Both the position numbers and the translations under genes were made by a program. Of a stretch of 34,161 bases of DNA, positions 27,979-34,161 are shown piece after piece. The notes beneath the pieces were generated by a model, which had not been told where the DNA came from, searched no databases, and saw only the letters and a list, made by a program, of their open reading frames with translations. Numbering within the stretch: the stretch's first letter is position 1; the number at the start of each line of letters is the position of its first letter. Origin of the DNA: a virus (lineage: Duplodnaviria > Heunggongvirae > Uroviricota > Caudoviricetes); the IMG/VR virus record IMGVR_UViG_2534681675_000021; one strand, given 5' to 3'.

Positions 27979-28130
27979 CGTTTCCAAAAAATCTCTCGGT
28001 CGATGACCTGATGGCGGATGTGGCAGTGATATTTCACTGGCCGCCATCAGAACTGTATCCCATGAGCCTGACCGAACTCATCACATGGCGCGAAAAGGCG
28101 CTCCGGCGAAGCGGAAACACGAATGAGTAA
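27703..28130 (+). CDS. E+E' tail assembly chaperone fusion produced by programmed -1 frameshift at TTTTTTG (27951-27957)
   Basis: The -1 frame is open from the slippery site to a stop at 28128-28130 and encodes ...ELITWREKALRRSGNTNE; analogous to P2 E/E' and lambda G/GT. Confidence 0.75.
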
Positions 28131-30570
28131 CAATGTAAAATTACAGGTATTGCTCAGGGCTGTTGACCAGGCATCCCGCCCGTTTAAATCCATCCGCACA
28201 GCGAGTAAGTCGCTGTCGGGGGATATCCGGGAAACACAAAAATCACTGCGCGAGCTGAACGGTCACGCATCCCGTATTGAGGGATTCCGCAAGACCAGTG
28301 CACAGCTCGCCGTGACTGGTCATGCACTTGAAAAGGCACGGCAGGAGGCCGAAGCCCTTGCCACACAGTTTAAAAACACCGAACGTCCGACCCGTGCTCA
28401 GGCGAAAGTGCTGGAATCAGCAAAGCGAGCGGCGGAGGACTTACAGGCGAAATATAACCGCCTGACGGATTCCGTTAAACGCCAGCAGCGGGAACTGGCC
28501 GCTGTGGGAATTAATACCCGCAATCTTGCACATGATGAGCAGGGGCTGAAAAACCGTATCAGTGAAACCACCGCACAGCTTAATCGTCAGCGCGACGCAC
28601 TGGCGCGTGTCAGTGCGCAACAGGCAAAACTTAACGCAGTAAAACAGCGTTATCAGGCCGGAAAGGAACTGGCCGGAAATATGGCCTCAGTGGGCGCTGC
28701 CGGTGTGGGGATTGCGGCGGCGGGAACGATGGCCGGAGTTAAGCTGCTGATGCCCGGTTATGAGTTTGCGCAGAAAAACTCAGAATTGCAGGCCGTGCTA
28801 GGAGTGGCAAAAGACTCCGCCGAAATGACCGCACTCCGCAAGCAGGCGCGCCAGCTCGGCGACAATACCGCAGCCTCGGCAGATGATGCAGCCGGTGCAC
28901 AGATTATCATCGCGAAAGCGGGTGGGGATGTTGATGCCATTCAGGCGGCAACGCCGGTCACGCTGAATATGGCGCTGGCGAACCGCCGCACGATGGAAGA
29001 AAACGCCGCCCTGCTGATGGGGATGAAATCCGCCTTTCAGCTTTCAAACGATAAGGTCGCTCATATCGGGGATGTTCTCTCCATGACGATGAACAAAACC
29101 GCCGCCGATTTTGACGGCATGAGCGATGCGCTGACCTATGCCGCACCTGTGGCAAAAAATGCCGGTGTCAGCATTGAAGAAACCGCCGCAATGGTCGGGG
29201 CGCTGCATGATGCAAAAATCACAGGCTCAATGGCGGGGACGGGAAGCCGTGCCGTGTTAAGCCGCCTGCAGGCACCGACGGGAAAAGCATGGGATGCACT
29301 CAAAGAGCTTGGCGTGAAAACCTCAGACAGCAAGGGAAACACCCGGCCAATATTTACCATTCTGAAAGAAATGCAGGCCAGTTTTGAGAAAAACCGGCTC
29401 GGTACTGCCCAGCAGGCTGAATACATGAAAACTATTTTCGGGGAGGAGGCCAGCTCAGCCGCCGCCGTGCTGATGACTGCCGCCTCAACCGGAAAGCTGG
29501 ACAAACTGACCGCTGCGTTTAAAGCCTCAGACGGGAAGACTGCCGAGCTGGTAAATATCATGCAGGACAACCTCGGCGGTGACTTTAAGGAGTTTCAGTC
29601 CGCTTATGAGGCGGTGGGGACAGACCTGTTTGACCAGCAGGAAGGCGCACTGCGTAAGCTCACGCAGACGGCCACAAAGTATGTGTTAAAACTCGACGGC
29701 TGGATCCAGAAAAACAAATCACTGGCGTCAACCATCGGCCTCATTGTCGGTGGCGCGCTGGCGCTTATTGGCATCATCGGTGCCATTGGTCTTGTAGCCT
29801 GGCCGGTTATCACTGGCATCAATGCCATCATCGCGGCAGCAGGCGCAATGGGGGCAGTCTTCACGACGGTTGGCAGTGCTGTTATGACCGCCATCGGGGC
29901 GATTAGCTGGCCGGTTGTGGCCGTGGTGGCCGCCATTGTCGCCGGGGCGTTGCTTATCCGTAAATACTGGGAGCCTGTCAGCGCATTCTTTGGCGGTGTG
30001 GTGGAAGGGCTGAAAGCGGCATTTGCGCCGGTGGGGGAACTGTTCACGCCACTTAAGCCGGTGTTCGACTGGCTGGGCGAAAAGTTACAGGCCGCGTGGC
30101 AGTGGTTTAAAAACCTGATTGCCCCGGTCAAAGCCACTCAGGACACCCTGAACAGTTGCCGTGACACGGGGGTCATGTTCGGGCAGGCACTGGCTGACGC
30201 GCTGATGCTGCCGCTTAATGCGTTCAACAAACTGCGCAGCGGTATTGACTGGGTACTGGAAAAACTCGGTGTTATCAACAAAGAGTCAGACACACTTGAC
30301 CAGACCGCCGCCAGAACTCAAGCCGCCACGTATGGCAGCGGTGGTTATATTCCGGCGACCAGCTCTTATGCAGGCTATCAGGCTTATCAGCCGGTCACGG
30401 CACCGGCTGGCCGCTCTTATGTAGACCAGAGTAAAAACGAATATCACATCAGCCTGACGGGTGGTACTGCGCCGGGGACACAGCTTGACCGCCAGTTACA
30501 GGATGCGCTCGAAAAATACGAGCGGGATAAACGTGCGCGCGCCCGTGCCAGCATGATGCATGACGGTTAA
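28123..30570 (+). CDS. T: Tail tape measure protein T, 815 aa
   Basis: 815 aa with coiled-coil N-terminal half and Gly/Ala-rich hydrophobic segment; length as P2 T. Confidence 0.9.
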   Translation: MSNNVKLQVLLRAVDQASRPFKSIRTASKSLSGDIRETQKSLRELNGHASRIEGFRKTSAQLAVTGHALEKARQEAEALATQFKNTERPTRAQAKVLESAKRAAEDLQAKYNRLTDSVKRQQRELAAVGINTRNLAHDEQGLKNRISETTAQLNRQRDALARVSAQQAKLNAVKQRYQAGKELAGNMASVGAAGVGIAAAGTMAGVKLLMPGYEFAQKNSELQAVLGVAKDSAEMTALRKQARQLGDNTAASADDAAGAQIIIAKAGGDVDAIQAATPVTLNMALANRRTMEENAALLMGMKSAFQLSNDKVAHIGDVLSMTMNKTAADFDGMSDALTYAAPVAKNAGVSIEETAAMVGALHDAKITGSMAGTGSRAVLSRLQAPTGKAWDALKELGVKTSDSKGNTRPIFTILKEMQASFEKNRLGTAQQAEYMKTIFGEEASSAAAVLMTAASTGKLDKLTAAFKASDGKTAELVNIMQDNLGGDFKEFQSAYEAVGTDLFDQQEGALRKLTQTATKYVLKLDGWIQKNKSLASTIGLIVGGALALIGIIGAIGLVAWPVITGINAIIAAAGAMGAVFTTVGSAVMTAIGAISWPVVAVVAAIVAGALLIRKYWEPVSAFFGGVVEGLKAAFAPVGELFTPLKPVFDWLGEKLQAAWQWFKNLIAPVKATQDTLNSCRDTGVMFGQALADALMLPLNAFNKLRSGIDWVLEKLGVINKESDTLDQTAARTQAATYGSGGYIPATSSYAGYQAYQPVTAPAGRSYVDQSKNEYHISLTGGTAPGTQLDRQLQDALEKYERDKRARARASMMHDG

Positions 30571-30584
30571 GGAGGTGACGAAAA

Positions 30585-31064
30585 ATGATGCTCGCGTTAG
30601 GTATGTTTGTTTTTATGCGCCAGACGCTGCCACACCAGACCATGCAGCGTGAATCAGATTATCGCTGGCCGTCAAATTCCCGTTTCGGTAAACGGGATGC
30701 CTACCAGTTTCTCGGTGTGGGTGAGGAAAACATGACGCTTGCCGGTGTGCTTTATCCTGAACTGACCGGCGGAAAGCTGACGGTGACCACGCTCAGACTG
30801 ATGGCAGAGGAAGGCCGGGCGTGGCCGTTGCTGGATGGCACCGGCATGATTTACGGCATGTATGTCATCAGCAGGGTGAGTGAAACAGGGAGTATTTTCT
30901 TTGCAGACGGCACACCCCGGAAAATTGATTTTACGCTGTCGCTCACCCGCGTTGATGAATCACTGGCCGCGCTTTATGGCGATATCGGTAAACAGGCGGA
31001 ATCGCTCATCGGTAAGGCTGGCAGTATGGCGACCAGATTCACGGGTATGACGGGGGCGGGATAA
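30585..31064 (+). CDS. U: Tail protein U, 159 aa
   Basis: Position and length as P2 U. Confidence 0.9.
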   Translation: MMLALGMFVFMRQTLPHQTMQRESDYRWPSNSRFGKRDAYQFLGVGEENMTLAGVLYPELTGGKLTVTTLRLMAEEGRAWPLLDGTGMIYGMYVISRVSETGSIFFADGTPRKIDFTLSLTRVDESLAALYGDIGKQAESLIGKAGSMATRFTGMTGAG

Positions 31065-32227
31065 TGCTGGATGCGCTGACATTTGATGCAGGCAGTACAC
31101 TGACGCCGGATTATATGCTGATGCTCGACAGCAGGGATATTACCGGCAATATCAGCGACCGTCTGATGAGCATGACCCTGACGGATAACCGGGGCTTTGA
31201 GGCTGACCAGCTTGATATTGAACTGAATGATGCCGACGGGCAGGTCGGGCTGCCGGTTCGTGGCGCTGTCCTGACGGTGTATATCGGCTGGAAAGGTTTT
31301 GCCCTGGTATGCAAAGGGAAATTTACCGTTGATGAGGTCGAACACCGGGGCGCGCCGGATGTGGTCACCATCCGCGCCCGGAGTGCAGATTTTCGCGGGA
31401 CGCTCAATTCCCGCCGTGAAGGCTCCTGGCATGACACCACGCTCGGTGCGATTGTTGAGGCGATAGCCTCCCGTAACAGGCTGGAAGCCAGTGTCGCGCC
31501 GTCACTGGCAGGAATTAAAATCCCGCACATCGACCAGTCGCAGGAGTCCGACGCGAAATTCCTGACCCGTCTTGCAGAACGCAACGGCGGTGAGGTGTCG
31601 GTAAAAATGGGAAAACTGTTGTTTCTCAAAGCGGGGCAGGGGGTGACGGCCAGTGGTAAAAAAATCCCGCAGGTCACCATCACTCGTAGCGACGGCGACC
31701 GCCATCATTTTGCGATTGCTGACCGTGGAGCCTATACCGGCGTAACGGCAAAGTGGTTACACACCAAAGACCCGAAGCCGCAAAAGCAGAAGGTAAAACT
31801 GAAACGCAAAAAGAAAGAGAAACACCTGCGCGCACTGGAGCACCCGAAAGCGAAACCGGTCAGGCAGAAGAAAGCGCCTAAAGTACCGGAAGCGCGCGAA
31901 GGTGAATACATGGCCGGTGAGGCTGACAACGTTTTTGCCCTGACCACGGTATATGCCACAAAAGCGCAGGCCATGCGCGCCGCTCAGGCGAAGTGGGATA
32001 AACTGCAACGGGGCGTTGCGGAGTTCTCCATCAGCCTGGCTACCGGTCGGGCAGATATTTACACGGAAACACCGGTCAAAGTGTCTGGCTTTAAGCGCGT
32101 CATAGACGAGCAGGACTGGACAATCACTAAGGTGACACACTTTCTGAATAATTCCGGCTTCACGACGTCCTTAGAGCTTGAGGTCAGGCTTTCTGATGTG
32201 GAGTACGAAACAGAAGATGATGAGTGA
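31064..32227 (+). CDS. D: Tail protein D, 387 aa
   Basis: Position and length as P2 D. Confidence 0.9.
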   Translation: MLDALTFDAGSTLTPDYMLMLDSRDITGNISDRLMSMTLTDNRGFEADQLDIELNDADGQVGLPVRGAVLTVYIGWKGFALVCKGKFTVDEVEHRGAPDVVTIRARSADFRGTLNSRREGSWHDTTLGAIVEAIASRNRLEASVAPSLAGIKIPHIDQSQESDAKFLTRLAERNGGEVSVKMGKLLFLKAGQGVTASGKKIPQVTITRSDGDRHHFAIADRGAYTGVTAKWLHTKDPKPQKQKVKLKRKKKEKHLRALEHPKAKPVRQKKAPKVPEAREGEYMAGEADNVFALTTVYATKAQAMRAAQAKWDKLQRGVAEFSISLATGRADIYTETPVKVSGFKRVIDEQDWTITKVTHFLNNSGFTTSLELEVRLSDVEYETEDDE

Positions 32228-32308
32228 TGTTTTTATTTTATCTGTTTGTTTTATAAGGATAAATTAACTAAAATGGCACCATCAACAAAACCGGAAGAGG
32301 TGCTCGCG

Positions 32309-32527
32309 ATGTTTCATTGTCCTTTATGCCAGCATGCCGCACATGCGCGTACAAGTCGCTATATCACTGACACGACAAAAGAGCGTTATCACCAGTGCCA
32401 GAACGTGAATTGCAGCGCCACGTTCATCACTTATGAGTCGGTACAGCGATACATCGTGAAGCCGGGAGAAGTCCACGCCGTAAGACCGCACCCGTTGCCG
32501 TCAGGGCAGCAAATTATGTGGATGTAA
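32309..32527 (+). CDS. ogr: Ogr late-gene transcriptional activator (zinc finger), 72 aa
   Basis: 72 aa from MFHCPLCQHAAHARTSRY; C-x2-C ... C-x4-C zinc-binding motif; GGAAGAGG Shine-Dalgarno; last gene before att. Confidence 0.9.
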   Translation: MFHCPLCQHAAHARTSRYITDTTKERYHQCQNVNCSATFITYESVQRYIVKPGEVHAVRPHPLPSGQQIMWM

Positions 32528-32540
32528 TTACAAACAGGAA

Positions 32541-32564
32541 GCCCCTCAGTCGAGGGGCTTTTTT
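32541..32564 (+). terminator. Rho-independent terminator after ogr
   Basis: GCCCCTC-AGTC-GAGGGGC perfect 7-bp stem followed by TTTTTT. Confidence 0.7.
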
Positions 32565-32628
32565 GTCGATGTGGTCAATGTGTGGACGTGACCAGAAATA
32601 AATCCTTTTATTTCATTGTATTACGCGT

Positions 32629-32655
32629 AAAAAATAAGCCCGTGTAAGGGAGATT
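32629..32655. other. attR core (27 bp), identical to attL core
   Basis: Exact repeat of 1313-1339; lies within the 3' end of cyaR. Confidence 0.85.
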
Positions 32656-32715
32656 ACACAGGCTAAGGAGGTGGTTCCTGGTACAGCTAGCATTTTATGG
32701 GTTATGTTTTTCAGC
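32629..32715 (-). ncRNA. cyaR: CyaR (RyeE) small regulatory RNA, about 87 nt
   Basis: Minus-strand sequence GCTGAAAAACATAACCCATAAAATGCTAGCTGTACCAGGAACCACCTCCTTAGCCTGTGTAATCTCCCTTACACGGGCTTATTTTTT matches CyaR as I recall it, with terminator hairpin and U-run; located next to yegQ as in E. coli. Confidence 0.8.
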
Positions 32716-32799
32716 GAAACGGATGATAACCTTAATAAATGCAGCTGTATGTGATCGGTTTCTAAGAATTTTCCATCCGGGAAAAATAATCGAAATTAA

Positions 32800-34161
32800 T
32801 CACTTACCGTGGGGGTTACGCGTGGTTTCCCCGGAGAAATTTCGCATCAGCAGCGCGTAATTTAGCTCAAGATCCTGCGGGACCGGGATCCACACAGTAT
32901 AACCATCGCCAGGTGCGACCGGCATTGCTTCGCCTTTGGCGTTTTCCATATGCTCAAGGGTAAAGTTAATGTTCCCTTGCGGCGTCATCAGCTCAAGGCT
33001 GTCGCCAACGGAGAATTTATTTTTCACCGCTACCGCCGCGAGGTCGCCCTTGCGCTCACCGGTAAACTCACCAACAAACTGCTGGCGGTCAGAAACTGAA
33101 TAACCGTATTCGTAGTTCTGATAATCGTCGTGAGTATGACGACGCAGGAAACCTTCGGTATAGCCACGATGCGCCAGACCTTCCAGAGTTTCCAGCAGGC
33201 TGGTATCGAATGGTTTTCCCGCAGCTGCGTCATCGATAGCTTTACGGTAAACCTGCGCGGTGCGTGCGCAATAGTAGAAAGATTTTGTACGACCTTCGAT
33301 TTTCAGCGAATGCACGCCCATTTTGGTCAGGCGTTCAACGTGGGCGATAGCGCGCAGATCTTTCGAGTTCATGATGTAAGTGCCGTGCTCATCTTCAAAC
33401 GCGGTCATATACTCGCCCGGACGCTGAGCTTCTTCGATCATAAACACTTTGTCGGTTGGCGCGCCGATACCCAGCGTCGGCTCAACATTTTGCACCGGAA
33501 TCGGCTCGTACTTGTGCACGATGTTGCCAACGTCATCTTCTTTCCCTTCCTGGACGTTGTACTCCCAGCGGCAGGCGTTGGTGCAGGTGCCCTGGTTCGG
33601 GTCGCGCTTGTTGATATAGCCAGAGAGCAGGCAGCGACCGGAGTAGGCCATGCACAGCGCGCCGTGAACGAAGATCTCTACCTCCATATCCGGCACCTGA
33701 TTGCGGATCTCTTCAATCTCTTCCAGCGACAGCTCGCGAGAGAGGATCACGCGGGTCAGGCCCATTTGCTGCCAGAATTTCACCGTCGCCCAGTTCACGG
33801 CGTTAGCCTGTACCGAGAGATGGATCGGCATTTCAGGGAAGTGCTCACGCACCAGCATAATCAGCCCTGGATCGGACATTATTAGCGCATCCGGCCCCAT
33901 TTCCACCACCGGTTTCAGGTCACGGATAAAGGTTTTCAGCTTGGCGTTGTGCGGTGCAATGTTGACCACAACATAAAACTTTTTCCCCAGCGCGTGGGCT
34001 TCATTAATGCCGAGCTGAAGATTTTCGTGGTTGAATTCGTTGTTGCGCACACGCAGGGAGTAACGCGGCTGGCCCGCATAAACAGCATCTGCGCCATAAG
34101 CGAAAGCGTAACGCATATTTTTCAGCGTTCCCGCCGGGGAAAGGAGTTCCGGTTTAAACAT
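32800..34161 (-). CDS. yegQ: U32-family peptidase-like protein YegQ (TrhP, tRNA hydroxylation protein), 453 aa, host gene
   Basis: Complete 453-aa ORF (MFKPELLSPAGTLKNMRYAFAYGADAVYAGQPRYSLR...); U32 family features; higher GC and host-like codon usage; adjacent to cyaR. Confidence 0.85.
   Translation of the reverse strand: MFKPELLSPAGTLKNMRYAFAYGADAVYAGQPRYSLRVRNNEFNHENLQLGINEAHALGKKFYVVVNIAPHNAKLKTFIRDLKPVVEMGPDALIMSDPGLIMLVREHFPEMPIHLSVQANAVNWATVKFWQQMGLTRVILSRELSLEEIEEIRNQVPDMEVEIFVHGALCMAYSGRCLLSGYINKRDPNQGTCTNACRWEYNVQEGKEDDVGNIVHKYEPIPVQNVEPTLGIGAPTDKVFMIEEAQRPGEYMTAFEDEHGTYIMNSKDLRAIAHVERLTKMGVHSLKIEGRTKSFYYCARTAQVYRKAIDDAAAGKPFDTSLLETLEGLAHRGYTEGFLRRHTHDDYQNYEYGYSVSDRQQFVGEFTGERKGDLAAVAVKNKFSVGDSLELMTPQGNINFTLEHMENAKGEAMPVAPGDGYTVWIPVPQDLELNYALLMRNFSGETTRNPHGK

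Larger units (their letters stand above)
1313..32655. mobile_element. P2-like prophage, apparently intact (about 31.3 kb)
   Basis: Flanking 27-bp direct repeats; full P2 gene order from int to ogr with protein lengths matching P2 (Int 337, C 99, Cox 91, Q 344, P 590, O 284, N 357, M 247, T 815, Ogr 72 aa). Confidence 0.9.

Noticed and set aside
28758-30137. Minus-strand ORFs (29136-29570, 29604-30137 and others) inside the tape measure gene T
   Set aside because: Antisense to T; Ala/Ser/Thr/Pro-rich low-complexity translations typical of GC-rich antisense frames.
33130-33885. 251-aa plus-strand ORF opposite yegQ
   Set aside because: Antisense to a complete, conserved-looking host gene; no start context.
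1-34161. CRISPR arrays, tRNA or rRNA genes
   Set aside because: No regularly spaced direct repeats and no cloverleaf- or rRNA-like sequence seen; P2-type phages integrate here at an sRNA terminator, not a tRNA.

Overview
This window is an essentially complete P2-like (Peduovirus-type) prophage of about 31.3 kb, most likely in Escherichia coli, bounded by two identical 27-bp att cores (1313-1339 and 32629-32655). It sits between a small lipoprotein gene (probably yegR) with a truncated IS2 on the left and the CyaR sRNA gene plus yegQ/trhP on the right. Gene order is the canonical P2 order: int, C, cox, B, orf80-83, A, cargo, cos, Q, P, O, N, M, L, X, Y, K, lysA/B/C, R, S, cargo, V, W, J, I, H, G, invertible tail-fibre segment with a Pin/Cin-like invertase, FI, FII, E/E', T, U, D, ogr. 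Three places depart from the P2 backbone. (1) An AT-rich two-gene cassette encoding membrane-anchored proteins occupies the tin/old position between the replication genes and cos; this is the best candidate for an undescribed defence or exclusion system. (2) An AT-rich single gene with an N-terminal HNH nuclease motif lies between S and V. (3) A tail-fibre inversion switch occupies the Z/fun position. All calls rest on reading the sequence and recalled family knowledge; no database search was run.
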